A stretch of DNA of 64,000 bases from Thermoanaerobaculia bacterium (GCA_041567315.1 JBFGCA010000005.1:10858-74857), one strand, 5' to 3'; positions 8,957 to 18,660 are shown, counted from the first letter of the stretch. Translations and numbers: made by a program. The notes: generated by a model not told the origin, from the sequence alone.

Positions 8957-11599
8957 CTAGAACTCGACGCTGATCCCGGCCGAGGGCAGGAGGCCGGCCC
9001 AGGCCTCGGCGCTGGCCTCCAGGGTCCCCGCCTCTTCGTCGATCTCGAAATCGAAGCCGGCGACGTTCTTGCGGTTGTAGGCGTTCTGGACGTCGACGTA
9101 GAGGTCGAGGGCGACCGAGCGGAGCTGCCAGCGGCGGCTGGCCCTCACGTCCAGCCGGTGGTAGTCGGGCAGCCGCTGGGCGTTGAGCGGTCCGAGCACC
9201 GGCACGAACACGACGCCGCCCTCGTCGTCGGCCTCGGGAGCGAGGCTCAGCGCCGTGGTCGGCCAGCCGGTGTGGTAGCGCCACGCGAGGTTGACCCGCC
9301 AGTGCTCGCCGAGCCGGTAGTCGAGGTCGAGGTTGAGGGTGTGGGTCTGGTCGAAGAGCCGCGGCACGGAGGTGCGCCCCGAGGGGCCGTCCACCAGGTC
9401 CTCGGTCGACGCCCAGGCGTAGTTGACCCACCAGCGGGCGCGGGTGCCGAGGCGGCCCCGCACGAAGACTTCGACGCCCTCGGCGCGGCTGCGCCGGGGG
9501 GTGATCCGCACCCGGTCGGGCTCGACCTCGGGGAAGACGTTGAGCGGCTCGTAGAGGTTCTCGTAGCGCGCGCGCGGGTTGCCCACCTCGCGCCGGTAGA
9601 GCTCCACCCGGAGCGCCACGCCTGGCTCCCCCGAGCCGGTCCGGAACAGCCGCTCGAAGCCCAGCACCCGGTGCTCGGCGCGCTCGACCGGGGCGAGCCG
9701 CCGCTCGCCGTCCTCGACCTGCAGCTCGTAGGGCCGCTGGCTCTGGTTGAACCGCCCCCAGGCGGCGCGCACTACCCCGCTCCGGCCCACTGCCCAGGCC
9801 AGGTTGAGCCGCGGGCTGAGGTGGCTCTCGCGGGTCTGCGAATGGCGGTCCCAGCGTGCCCCCAGCTCCAGGGTCAGGGGCTCGAGCAGCCGCAGACGGC
9901 CGCTCAGGTGGGCGCTGTCGTGGTCGTCCCGGAAGCCGCCCTGGAAGTCGGTCGCCTGCTGGCCGAAGTCGTGGCGGATGCGGGCCAGCGGGTTGTCGAA
10001 ATCGCGCGTCCCGGTGTAGTCGTAGTCGGTCTCGAAGCGCCGCCGCTGCCAGCCCCAATCGAGGGTATGCCGCGGCGTCAGCTGGTGGCTCCAGCTCTGG
10101 CGCAGGCCGGCGACGTCCGAGTCGCGCCGGTCGAGGATCGCGAAGCGGGCGTCGTCCTCGAGCTCGACGCCGCGCCGGTCGCGGTCGATCAAGGTCATCG
10201 AAGCGGCGCTCTCGACCAGCGCGCTGCGGCCGAGGACCGCCTGGTGGGTGAGCCACAGATAGGAGCTGTCGTACTCGGTCTCGAAGCGCTTGCTCTCCTC
10301 GCCGACGACCTCCCGGAAGTCCAGCTCGTCGCCCGAGTGCAGGGCGTTGCCGCGCAGGCTGTGCCGGTCGCCGAGCCGGTAGTCGAGCTTGCCGGCGAGG
10401 TCCCAGTAGCGCGGGTCCTCGTCGCCCAGCAGCCTGCCGACCAGGTCGGCCGAGCCGCGGCGCACCTCGGCCAGCCAGGCGCCGCGCTCGTCGCGGAAGG
10501 TGCCGGCGCCGCCGGCGTGGGCATTGAGGAAGCTGACGCCGACCCGCCCGGTGGCGGCGCCGGTGGGCCGGATGGTGGTCATCTCCAGCACCCCGCTCAT
10601 GCGATCGCCGTAGGCGGCCGCAAAGCCGCCGGTGGTGAGGTCGGCGCTGCCCAGGGTCGAGGGGGCGACGAAGCTCAGGGCGCTGTCGAAGTCCTTGAGG
10701 TGGAAGGCCTCGTACAGCTCCTGGCCGTCGAGCAGGATCTGGGTCTCGTCGCGGCGGCCGCCGCGGACGTGGAACTGCGCGGTGACGTCGTTGGCGGCGA
10801 CCCCGGGGAGCAGCGACAGGGTGCGGAAGAAGTCGTCCCCGAGGTGAGGCAGGCTGAGGATCTCGTCGCGGCTCAGGGCCAGCGGCGCCGCCGGCTCCTG
10901 GCGGAGCAGCGACACCCGGCTGGTGGTGACGATCAGCTCCTCCTCGAGCAACGGCGCCGGCGCCAGCAGGACGGTGACCTCGGCCGGCCGCCCGGCCACC
11001 ACCGCGACACCGTCCAGCCGCTCGACGACGTAGCCCTTGAGCCGCACCTCGAGGGTGTAGGTGCCGAGCCCGGGGTCGGGGACCACGAACTCGCCGCCGT
11101 CGCCGGTGGTGACCTCGACTCCACGCCCGAGCAGGCGCACCATGGCACCGGCCAGGGGCTCGGCGCTGCGGCGGGAGTAGACGCGGCCGCGGATCGCGCC
11201 CCCGTCGGCGGCTGTCGCGTGGGGCCCGCGCACCACCACCAGCACCCCGCTCGCGTCCTGCCGCGCCAGGAGTCCGTGCGGCGCCAGGATCTCGTCGAGG
11301 ATCTCCCGCGGCTCGCCGGCGGCCGGCTCGGTCTCGACCCTCATGTCGGGGCGGACGACGTTGGTCGAGAAGACGATCCTGAGGCCGCGCACGCGCAGCT
11401 CCTTGAGCGCCGCGGTCAGCGTGCGGCCGGCCCACTGGGGCCGCGCCAGGGCCGGCTCGGGGTTCTCGGCGGCCGCCGCCGGCAGGGGGCCGGGACCGCC
11501 GGCCGGAGCCAGCACCGCGAGGAGGGCGACGGCGGGCAGGAGGCCCTGCAGCCCGCGCAGCCGGTCGCCGAGGCCGAAGGATTTCGGCGCTGGCCCCAT
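8957..11599 (-). CDS. TonB-dependent transducer (N-terminal STN signalling domain + carboxypeptidase-regulatory-like domain + plug + beta-barrel)
   Basis: ATG. Signal peptide; STN-like segment TLTAALKELRVRGLRIVFSTNVV; CarboxypepD_reg-like GAIRGRVYSRRSAEPLAGAMVRL...TTGDGGEFVV; plug region (TTSRVSLL, LPGV); long beta-barrel. Lies immediately convergent with the FecI/FecR pair. Confidence 0.8.
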   Translation of the reverse strand: MGPAPKSFGLGDRLRGLQGLLPAVALLAVLAPAGGPGPLPAAAAENPEPALARPQWAGRTLTAALKELRVRGLRIVFSTNVVRPDMRVETEPAAGEPREILDEILAPHGLLARQDASGVLVVVRGPHATAADGGAIRGRVYSRRSAEPLAGAMVRLLGRGVEVTTGDGGEFVVPDPGLGTYTLEVRLKGYVVERLDGVAVVAGRPAEVTVLLAPAPLLEEELIVTTSRVSLLRQEPAAPLALSRDEILSLPHLGDDFFRTLSLLPGVAANDVTAQFHVRGGRRDETQILLDGQELYEAFHLKDFDSALSFVAPSTLGSADLTTGGFAAAYGDRMSGVLEMTTIRPTGAATGRVGVSFLNAHAGGAGTFRDERGAWLAEVRRGSADLVGRLLGDEDPRYWDLAGKLDYRLGDRHSLRGNALHSGDELDFREVVGEESKRFETEYDSSYLWLTHQAVLGRSALVESAASMTLIDRDRRGVELEDDARFAILDRRDSDVAGLRQSWSHQLTPRHTLDWGWQRRRFETDYDYTGTRDFDNPLARIRHDFGQQATDFQGGFRDDHDSAHLSGRLRLLEPLTLELGARWDRHSQTRESHLSPRLNLAWAVGRSGVVRAAWGRFNQSQRPYELQVEDGERRLAPVERAEHRVLGFERLFRTGSGEPGVALRVELYRREVGNPRARYENLYEPLNVFPEVEPDRVRITPRRSRAEGVEVFVRGRLGTRARWWVNYAWASTEDLVDGPSGRTSVPRLFDQTHTLNLDLDYRLGEHWRVNLAWRYHTGWPTTALSLAPEADDEGGVVFVPVLGPLNAQRLPDYHRLDVRASRRWQLRSVALDLYVDVQNAYNRKNVAGFDFEIDEEAGTLEASAEAWAGLLPSAGISVEF

Positions 11600-11661
11600 C
11601 CAAACAGGATAGCAGGCGGCAGGGGGCCGCCGACCGCCAAGAAGAGACAGGAGACAACGAG

Positions 11662-12450
11662 ATGCGCGAACGTCATCGTCGACGCCACGTCCCGGCGAGC
11701 ACCACCGTCCTTGCCGCCCTCGCCCTTGCCGCCGGCCTGGCGCTGGCCCCGTCGCCGGCCGGGGCCGTCGCCTTCACCACCCAGTTCCGGCTCGAGGACT
11801 GCCGGTGGTCCAACCGCGGCAGCCAGAACCCGTACTGGAGCCTCCGCCCCGGCTATCAGCAGGTGCTGCTGGGCGAGGAGGACGGCGCCGAGATCGAGGT
11901 CCACATCACCGTGCTGCGCCAGCGCGAGACGATCAGCTTCGAGAGCGCCAACGGCACCCCCGTCACCGTCAGGGCGCGGGTGGTCGAGGAGCGCGAGTGG
12001 GAGGACGGCGAGCTGATCGAGGTGTCGCGCAACTGGGTGGCGCGCTGCGTCCAGACCGGCGACGTCTACTACTTCGGCGAGGATGTCGACGACTACGAGG
12101 ACGGCGAGATCGGCGGCCACGAAGGGGCCTGGCGGGCCGGCGAGGACGGCGCGCTGCCCGGGATCCTGATGCCGGGCACCTTCCTGCTGGGCGCCAAGTA
12201 CTACCAGGAGATCGCGCCGGACGTGGCGCTCGACCGCGCCCGGCACGTCGACATGGGGCTCGACCTCGAGGTGCCGGCGGGCTCCTTCACCGACTGCGTG
12301 GTGGTCAAGGAGACCAACGCTCTCGACCCCGACTCCGAAGGGTTCAAGGTCTACTGCCCCGGCGTCGGACTGATCATGGACGAGACGCTGATGCTGATGG
12401 AGTACGGCGTGGTGCCGGCCGGCCGCCCGGCGCGGGCACGGCGGCGCTAG
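11662..12450 (+). CDS. Hypothetical secreted protein (signal peptide, no recognised domain)
   Basis: ATG with ggaga upstream. N-terminal signal peptide MRERHRRRHVPASTTVLAALALAAGLALAPSPAGA, then a non-repetitive acidic protein. Its 3' end overlaps the convergent CRTAC1 gene by ~77 nt. Confidence 0.6.
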   Translation: MRERHRRRHVPASTTVLAALALAAGLALAPSPAGAVAFTTQFRLEDCRWSNRGSQNPYWSLRPGYQQVLLGEEDGAEIEVHITVLRQRETISFESANGTPVTVRARVVEEREWEDGELIEVSRNWVARCVQTGDVYYFGEDVDDYEDGEIGGHEGAWRAGEDGALPGILMPGTFLLGAKYYQEIAPDVALDRARHVDMGLDLEVPAGSFTDCVVVKETNALDPDSEGFKVYCPGVGLIMDETLMLMEYGVVPAGRPARARRR

Positions 12451-14242
12451 CTGCGGCCCCACCCGACGCCGGCAGCACCAGGTAGCGGTCGGTGCCGAGC
12501 CCCGTCCACCGGCGATTGCCGCCGGCGGGCGGGGCGAGGCGGATCGAGACCTCGCCGCCCCGCCCGCCGAGGCCGACCACCAGCCGCGGGTCCGAGGCCG
12601 AGGCGTAGCTGCCGTCGGTGGCCAGCCGGCGGACCAGGGCGCCGCCGCCCGCCGGCTCCACGGTGACCAGGGCGCCCGCGAGGTCGGCGCCGCCGGGCAC
12701 GGTTACCGCCCGCACCCCGAGCCAGCGGTTGGCGCTGCCGCGCTGATTCGAGAACAGCCGCGCGGGGCCGTTGTTGTTGACCACCACCACGTCGGCGTCG
12801 CCGTCGTTGTCGAGGTCGCCGAAGGCGGCGCCGCGGCCGACCTCGGAGCCCGCGAAGCCCGGCCCGGCGTCGCCGCCGATCTCCTCGAAGCGGCCCGCGC
12901 CGAGGTTGCGATAGAGCTGGCGCGGCTGGTGGAGCGGGTAGGGGTCGCCGGCCTGGGCCAGCGCCTCGATGGTGCGCACCGCGCCGTTGACGATCAGCAG
13001 GTCGAGCCCGCCGTCGTTGTCGAGGTCGAAGAAGCGGGCGCCGAAGCCGGTGAGCGGCCAGCTCGGCGGCCCCAGCCCGCTGGGCGCCGAGCGCTCGACG
13101 AACAGGCCGCCCCCCTCGCTCCGGAAGAGGGCGTTGGGCTCGCCGGTCAGGTGGGTCATGAACAGGTCGAGGTCGCCGTCGCCGTCGGCGTCGGCCGCGT
13201 CCACCCCCATGCTGGCCTGCGGCAGTCCGTCGGCGCTCAGCGCGCAGCCCGCCGCCAGGCCGATCTCCTCGAAGCGGCCGTCGCCGCGGCTGGCCCACAG
13301 GAAGTTGGGCTCGCCGTCGTTGGCTACGTAGAGATCCGGCCGCCGGTCGCCGTCGAGGTCGGCGGCCAACGCCCCCAGCGCCTTGCCGGGCCGGCCGCCG
13401 ATCCCGCTCGCCGCCGAGACGTCCTCGAAGGTGCCGTCGCCGCGGTTCCGGAACAGCTTGTCGGTGACCCCCCGATAGGCCTGGGGACCGCAGTAGTCGC
13501 GGGCGCCGCCGGCGGTCCGGCACAGCTTGTGGGTCGCCAGCGTGAAGTCGAGGTAGTTGCCCACCCACAGGTCGAGCCGGCCGTCGGCGTCGGCGTCGAA
13601 GAACACCGCCGGCACGCTCCACCGCGGATCGTCCACCCCGGCCGCGGCGGTCGCGTCCTCGAAGCTGCCGTCGCCGCGGTTGCGGAGCAGCCGGTTGGAC
13701 CCGAAGGCGGTGACGTAGAGGTCGGGGAACCCGTCGTCGTCGTAGTCGCCGCTCGCCACCCCCATGCCGTAGCCGGAGCCGGGAACCAGGCCCGCCGCCG
13801 CGGTGACGTCGACGAACCGCAGCGAGGCCTCGCCTCCGGAGTTAGGGAAGTCAGGGTGAGAATCGTTGCGGTACAGGCGGTCGGTCAGAGGCAGGGGATG
13901 CCTGGGCGGAAACAGCGCCTCCGAGAGTTCGTGTTCCCCCAACATTGCTCCCTGGACCAGGTAGAGGTCCAGGTCGCCGTCGACGTCGTAGTCGACGAGC
14001 GCCCCGCCGCCCCCCATCATCTCGGGGAAGTAGTACTCGCCGGTCATGCCGTTGAAGTGCCGGAAGTCGATCCCCGAGGCCACCGCCACCTCGATGAAGA
14101 GCGGTCCGCCAGCCGGAGCGGCGCCACCGGTGTCGGCATCGGGTGTCCGCTGGTCGGACGGCGAGCAGCCCGCGGTCAGTCCAAGCAGGGCGACGGCCCG
14201 CAGCAGGTGCCGGTGGCTGAACCTACCGGGAGGGCGCAACAC
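12374..14242 (-). CDS. CRTAC1 family lipoprotein (FG-GAP/VCBS repeats + ASPIC/UnbV)
   Basis: Multiple FG-GAP-like repeats (DVDGDLDLYLV, GDYDDDGFPDLYVT, DADADGRLDLWVGN, DLDGDRRPDLYVAN, DADGDGDLDLFMT, DLDNDGGLDLLIVN, GDLDNDGDADVVVVNN) and a C-terminal UnbV-like segment. Probable lipobox LLGLTAGC. Start set at the GTG/TTG at 14242/14239; the track GTG at 14299 would give an overlong 47-aa pre-Cys leader. Confidence 0.75.
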   Translation of the reverse strand: MLRPPGRFSHRHLLRAVALLGLTAGCSPSDQRTPDADTGGAAPAGGPLFIEVAVASGIDFRHFNGMTGEYYFPEMMGGGGALVDYDVDGDLDLYLVQGAMLGEHELSEALFPPRHPLPLTDRLYRNDSHPDFPNSGGEASLRFVDVTAAAGLVPGSGYGMGVASGDYDDDGFPDLYVTAFGSNRLLRNRGDGSFEDATAAAGVDDPRWSVPAVFFDADADGRLDLWVGNYLDFTLATHKLCRTAGGARDYCGPQAYRGVTDKLFRNRGDGTFEDVSAASGIGGRPGKALGALAADLDGDRRPDLYVANDGEPNFLWASRGDGRFEEIGLAAGCALSADGLPQASMGVDAADADGDGDLDLFMTHLTGEPNALFRSEGGGLFVERSAPSGLGPPSWPLTGFGARFFDLDNDGGLDLLIVNGAVRTIEALAQAGDPYPLHQPRQLYRNLGAGRFEEIGGDAGPGFAGSEVGRGAAFGDLDNDGDADVVVVNNNGPARLFSNQRGSANRWLGVRAVTVPGGADLAGALVTVEPAGGGALVRRLATDGSYASASDPRLVVGLGGRGGEVSIRLAPPAGGNRRWTGLGTDRYLVLPASGGAAASAAVPAPGGRPAPRRTPSASASRP

Positions 14243-14253
14243 TTCGCTGAGTC

Positions 14254-14419
14254 TAGTGGCCTGTAACACCCAAATCGATAGTGCCTGAGCGGCCCTCACA
14301 GCCGATCTCGGCGTTGCGCCTCCTCGCCATAGTCCCCGCTATGACTGCGTCGGCGCGCCTGGAGCTCGGCCGCGATGGCTCGCTCATCCACCACCGATTC
14401 GAGTGTTACAGGCCACTAG
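14254..14419. repeat. Perfect 17-bp inverted repeat pair (GTGTTACAGGCCACTAG) flanking ~132 bp in the CRTAC1 gene leader
   Basis: Arms at 14254-14270 (ctagtggcctgtaacac, reverse orientation) and 14403-14419 (gtgttacaggccactag). A third related copy sits at 58333-58350. Confidence 0.6.
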
Positions 14420-14578
14420 TGCCCCGTCGAGACGGCGCCCCGAGGTTCTCGCCCTGCTGGCCGGTGATGCCCTACCCAGCTTCTGGATTGCCCGCGGTGC
14501 GGAGAACGCGCTGGGTGCAAAGAAACGGCGCCGCCGGAGCCCCGGCGGCGCCTGGATTGGACGGCTTCGCGATGCGGC

Positions 14579-17500
14579 CTACCTGAGGATCCGCACGCCG
14601 AGCTGGATCTCGCGCGGGTCGCCGGCGCCGCTGCGGACGGTGCCGTCGAAGTTGAAGATCAGCTCGGTGACCTGGGGAACCAGGAAGTTCTCCTCGTCGG
14701 TCAAGTTGAAGATGTCGAGGATCGGCTGCACGGTGTAGCCGCCGACCTGGAAGTTCTTGGACAGCCGCAGATCGACGGTCATGAACTCGTTGTCCTTCTC
14801 GCCCTGGTTGCGGCCGAAGACGGCGGCGCCGAGGTCGCACGACAGCCCGCTGCCCGACGGCACCGGCGGGATGCAGCGCCCCGTCGGTGGGAACCCCTGT
14901 ACCGGGTCGCCGTTGGGCTCGATGTCCAGCGGCTGCGCGTCGCGGTAGGTGAAGCGCGCGTTGATGTCGATGCCGTAGGGCGCGTTCCACAGCACCCAGG
15001 CGTTGAAGCGGTGCCGCTGGTGGCGGTCGGAGAGGCTGAACTCGGCGTCCAGGTCGGTGAACTTGGCGTAGCGGAAGGTGAACGGATCGCGCTCGTTGTC
15101 GTCGTCCGACTGGTCGATCGAGTTGGTGTAGTAGGCCTGGACCTGGAAGTTGTTGGAGTAGCGCTTGTTGACCCCGACGGTGACCCCGAAGTAGCGGCTC
15201 TTGCCCGACGAGCTGACCGTCCGCAGGGTGCCGATGCCGTTCGAGCCGTCGGCCCCCAGGCCGGTCGACCAGGGCGAGCCGAACAGGGCGTCGTTGCTGT
15301 TGATCCAGCGGGTGATGTGGTTGGTGGCCGCGTAGTTGACCTTGGCCAGCAGCGCCACGTTGGGCCGCACCTCACCCTCCCAGGAGAGCGCGGTCGAGAT
15401 GGTCTCGGGCAGCTCGAAGTCCTTGTCGAAGATGAAGACCTCGGGCTGGAAGGGCACCCCGGCCACGTCCGGCGGCAGCAGGTTGGGCCACTCGGGCGGC
15501 GTCACTCCGAAGTCGTTGAAGAAGCTGGCCCGGAAGATGGTCTGCCCGCGGCTGCCGTTGGTCGAGCGCACCGAGGCCAGGGTGAGGGCCGGGATGCGCG
15601 CCGCGTAGACCCCGGCGCTGCCGCGGATCACCTGCCGCAGCTTGGTGTCCGGCGACCAGGCGAAGGCGAAGCGCGGCTGCAGCGAGTCGTCGTCGGGGAT
15701 GTCGCCGTCCGAGGGGAAGGTCTGCGGGCCGATCGGCGTGTCGCGGGTCTCGCCGATGAAGTCGGCGTAGAAAACCTCGTTGGGCGGGGTGATGACGCTC
15801 GGCTGGTCGAGCCGCTCCCAGCGCAGCCCGAACTCCAGGGTCAGGTTGGCGGTCGGCTGCCACTGGTCCTGGATGAAGATCGCGGTCTCCTTCTGCTCGA
15901 TCGACTGGGTGCCGGCCTGGTTGACCGAGACGTCGCCGACCCCGGCCTGCTGGAGGAAGAGCAGCAGCGGCCCGGCGGTGCCGCCGTGGGTGCTGCAGTC
16001 GACGCCCACGCCGCTGGTGCCGTCGACGCACTCGACGTAGTTGGGACCGAGGTTCACGTAGTTCTGGAAGCCCTGGAAGGAGCTGAAGATGTAGCGCCCG
16101 TTGGCGAAGCCGATGAAGGTCTGCGACGAGGTCACCTCGTTGTACTCGAGGCCGGCCTTTATCGAGTGGTCGCCGCGCAGCAGCGAGACGTTGTTGTTGA
16201 TCTGGATGCGGTCGTCGTCGTACTCGATGGGCAGGAAGAACGGCATCCCCACCCGCCAGCCGCCGACGAAGTCGAAGGCGGTGTCGGGGAAGGGCCGGTT
16301 CTGGCCGGGCACGTTGGGACCGGGGTAGGGCCGCGGCCGCCACTCCTTGGCGTACTGGCCGCGGAACTCGTTGAGCAGCCGGTCGGAGACGGTCGAGATC
16401 AGGGTGCTGGTCAGCCCGTGGGCGTAGTCGGTCTCGATGCCGTTGGCGCTCGCCCCCCAGGTGTCGACGTCGAAGGTGCCGTTGACCTGCTGCGAGTAGT
16501 GGTAGGCCCAGCGGCCGGTCAGCAGGTTCCTGTCGTTGAGCTGCAGGTCGACCTTGCCCAGGTAGGCGTCGGCGTCGTTGGTGCGGGTGATCGGCGCGTT
16601 CTCGTTGGGCAGCCCGACGCTGGCCAGGTAGTCGACCACTTCGGGGGCGATGCGGCCGGGGTCGGTCTGCTTGGTGCTGTCGGCGTCCTGCAGATCGGCG
16701 GCGACGAAGAAGAAGGCCTTGTCCCTGCGCAGCGGCCCGCCGACGGTGAAGCCGTACTGGGCCTGGTCGAACTCGAAAGCGGTCTCGCGGCCGCCGGAGC
16801 GCAGCTGCGGGTCCTCCGACAGCGAGTCGTTCTTGAAGAAGACGTGGGCTGTGCCCTTGAGCGAGTTGGTCCCCGACTTGGTGACGACGTTGACGAAGCC
16901 GCCCGAGGAGCGACCGAACTCGGCCGGCGCGCCGTCGGTGACGATCAGCACCTCCTTGATGGCGTCGATGTTGAAGGTGTAGGGAGGCCGCTGGCCGCCG
17001 CGCTGCTCGCCGAAGAACGGGTTGTTGAAGTCCGCTCCGTCGACCATCACGTTGTTGTTGATGCCCTTCTGGCCGTTGATCGACAGCTCCTCGCCGTCGG
17101 GGCCCTGGACGATGGTCACCCCCGGGGTGAGCTTGGAGAACTCGAGGAAGTTGCGGCCGTCGTTGGGCAGCCCCTCGATCGAGCGGTCGTCGATCCGGAT
17201 CTGGCCCTCGGTGCGGCTGGTCTCGATCACCGGCCCGGCGCCGGTGACGGTGATCTCCTCGCCGACCGCCGAGATCTGCATGGTGACCTCGAGGGTGATG
17301 GTCTGACCGAGGGCGAGCTGCAGGCCCTCGCGCACCAGGGTGGCGAAGCCTTCCAGCGCGAAGGAGGTGGTGTAGGGACCGAGCGGCAGCAGGACGCCCC
17401 GGAAGCGGCCGGACTCGTCGGTCATCAGCACCTTCTCGAAGCCGGTGGCGGTGTTGCGGAGGGTGACGGTGACCCCCGGCAGGACGCCTCCGCCTTCGTC

Positions 17501-17614
17501 CTTGACGATGCCCTCGATGACACCGGTGGTGGCCTGGGACTGGGCGTCGACCCCGGGCGCCGCAAACAGCGCCAGGAGCAGAACCGCCGCGAACACACGG
17601 ACGCTTCGCACCAT
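14579..17614 (-). CDS. TonB-dependent receptor, Oar-like (CarboxypepD_reg-like domain + plug + barrel)
   Basis: ATG at 17614 is preceded by aaaggaggtcccc (AGGAGG Shine-Dalgarno). Signal peptide MVRSVRVFAAVLLLALFAAPGVDAQ; TGVIEGIVKDEGGGVLPGVTVTLRNTATGFEKVLMTDESGRFRGVLLPLGPY (CarboxypepD_reg); plug motifs (IDDRSIEGLPNDGRNFLEF). ~1011 aa, typical of Oar-like TBDRs in Acidobacteria and Myxobacteria. Confidence 0.8.
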   Translation of the reverse strand: MVRSVRVFAAVLLLALFAAPGVDAQSQATTGVIEGIVKDEGGGVLPGVTVTLRNTATGFEKVLMTDESGRFRGVLLPLGPYTTSFALEGFATLVREGLQLALGQTITLEVTMQISAVGEEITVTGAGPVIETSRTEGQIRIDDRSIEGLPNDGRNFLEFSKLTPGVTIVQGPDGEELSINGQKGINNNVMVDGADFNNPFFGEQRGGQRPPYTFNIDAIKEVLIVTDGAPAEFGRSSGGFVNVVTKSGTNSLKGTAHVFFKNDSLSEDPQLRSGGRETAFEFDQAQYGFTVGGPLRRDKAFFFVAADLQDADSTKQTDPGRIAPEVVDYLASVGLPNENAPITRTNDADAYLGKVDLQLNDRNLLTGRWAYHYSQQVNGTFDVDTWGASANGIETDYAHGLTSTLISTVSDRLLNEFRGQYAKEWRPRPYPGPNVPGQNRPFPDTAFDFVGGWRVGMPFFLPIEYDDDRIQINNNVSLLRGDHSIKAGLEYNEVTSSQTFIGFANGRYIFSSFQGFQNYVNLGPNYVECVDGTSGVGVDCSTHGGTAGPLLLFLQQAGVGDVSVNQAGTQSIEQKETAIFIQDQWQPTANLTLEFGLRWERLDQPSVITPPNEVFYADFIGETRDTPIGPQTFPSDGDIPDDDSLQPRFAFAWSPDTKLRQVIRGSAGVYAARIPALTLASVRSTNGSRGQTIFRASFFNDFGVTPPEWPNLLPPDVAGVPFQPEVFIFDKDFELPETISTALSWEGEVRPNVALLAKVNYAATNHITRWINSNDALFGSPWSTGLGADGSNGIGTLRTVSSSGKSRYFGVTVGVNKRYSNNFQVQAYYTNSIDQSDDDNERDPFTFRYAKFTDLDAEFSLSDRHQRHRFNAWVLWNAPYGIDINARFTYRDAQPLDIEPNGDPVQGFPPTGRCIPPVPSGSGLSCDLGAAVFGRNQGEKDNEFMTVDLRLSKNFQVGGYTVQPILDIFNLTDEENFLVPQVTELIFNFDGTVRSGAGDPREIQLGVRILR

Positions 17615-17728
17615 GGGGACCTCCTTTGAGTCGAAGGAAGGGCTCACCGCACCAAATGCTTTTGGGGGATTATACGACGGGGCCGCGGCGGGGCAAGGGG
17701 CCGCGGAAGCCGCCGCCGGTGCCGTCCA

Positions 17729-18619
17729 CTAGGGCCGCAGATGCCGGTCGAAGAAGGCCAGGGTCTTGGCCCAGGCGTCCTCGGCGGCGGTGGCGTTGTA
17801 GCGCCCGCCGGAGGGGTTGGCGAAGGCGTGGTCGGCGTTTTCGTAGACGTGGATCGAGGCGGTCTTGCCGAGCCCTTCGAGAGCGTGCTGGAACTCGCGG
17901 ACGGCGCTCACCGGGATGCCGCCGTCGAGGGCGCCGAAGAGCCCCAGGACCGGCGCCTCGAGGGCGGCCAGCTCCTCGCGTCCGGTGACCAGGCGGCCGT
18001 AGTAGATGACCGCGGCGTCGATCGCCGGCCCCTGGTCGAGGGCGGCGCGCAGCGACCAGCCGCCGCCGAAGCACCAGCCGACGACGCCGATCCGCGGCGC
18101 CCCCAGCCGCTGCTCGAGGTAGGTCGTCGCCGCCCGCAGGTTGGCCAGCGCGTCGGCGGGGCGCTCGCCGGCGGCGCGGGCCAGGCGCGCGGCGGTCTCG
18201 CGGTCGCTCGCCGCCTCGCCGCCGTAGAGGTCGACCGCCAGCGCCGCGTAGCCCTCGCCGGCCAGCCGCCGGGCCACCGCGCGGATGTTGTCGTTGAGGC
18301 CCCACCACTCGTGGATCAGGATCACCCCGGGGAGCGGGCCCTCGGCCCCCTCCGGCCGCGCCAGGTAGCCCGCCACCGCCTGCTCGCCGACCACCGCGTA
18401 GTCCACCGGACCGGCGCTCACCGGCGCCGCCGGCTCGGTCTCGGCGGCCGGGCTGGCCAGCGGCCGGTCGCCGGCGTGCTCGCGCTCCATCCGGGCGACG
18501 AAGTCGTCGGTGGCGGTTGTGGCGGCGGTGGCGGGCAGCGGCCCGCCGGCGAGGGCGGGCACCGGCAGGGCCACCAGCAGCGAAAGCACCAGGAGTCGAG
18601 CGGCGGCAGGTCGCGTCAT
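17729..18619 (-). CDS. Dienelactone hydrolase family protein (secreted)
   Basis: ATG. Signal peptide; LPGVILIHEWWGLNDNIRAVARRLAGEGYAALAVDLYGG and GVVGWCFGG (nucleophile elbow), ending with DHAF. Confidence 0.75.
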   Translation of the reverse strand: MTRPAAARLLVLSLLVALPVPALAGGPLPATAATTATDDFVARMEREHAGDRPLASPAAETEPAAPVSAGPVDYAVVGEQAVAGYLARPEGAEGPLPGVILIHEWWGLNDNIRAVARRLAGEGYAALAVDLYGGEAASDRETAARLARAAGERPADALANLRAATTYLEQRLGAPRIGVVGWCFGGGWSLRAALDQGPAIDAAVIYYGRLVTGREELAALEAPVLGLFGALDGGIPVSAVREFQHALEGLGKTASIHVYENADHAFANPSGGRYNATAAEDAWAKTLAFFDRHLRP

Positions 18620-18660
18620 CGGGTCACCTCGTCTTGGGATCGCCGCACCCTATCCGATCC

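Noticed and set aside
7686-12016. 1323-aa and 1111-aa ORFs (7686-11657 minus; 8681-12016 plus) across the FecR and TonB-receptor region
   Set aside because: Antisense or out of frame relative to genes with strong domain evidence; low-complexity Arg/Pro/Gly composition.
15011-17629. 872-aa plus-strand ORF opposite the Oar-like receptor
   Set aside because: Antisense to a gene with an AGGAGG-ATG start and conserved TonB-receptor motifs; composition typical of GC-driven open frames.
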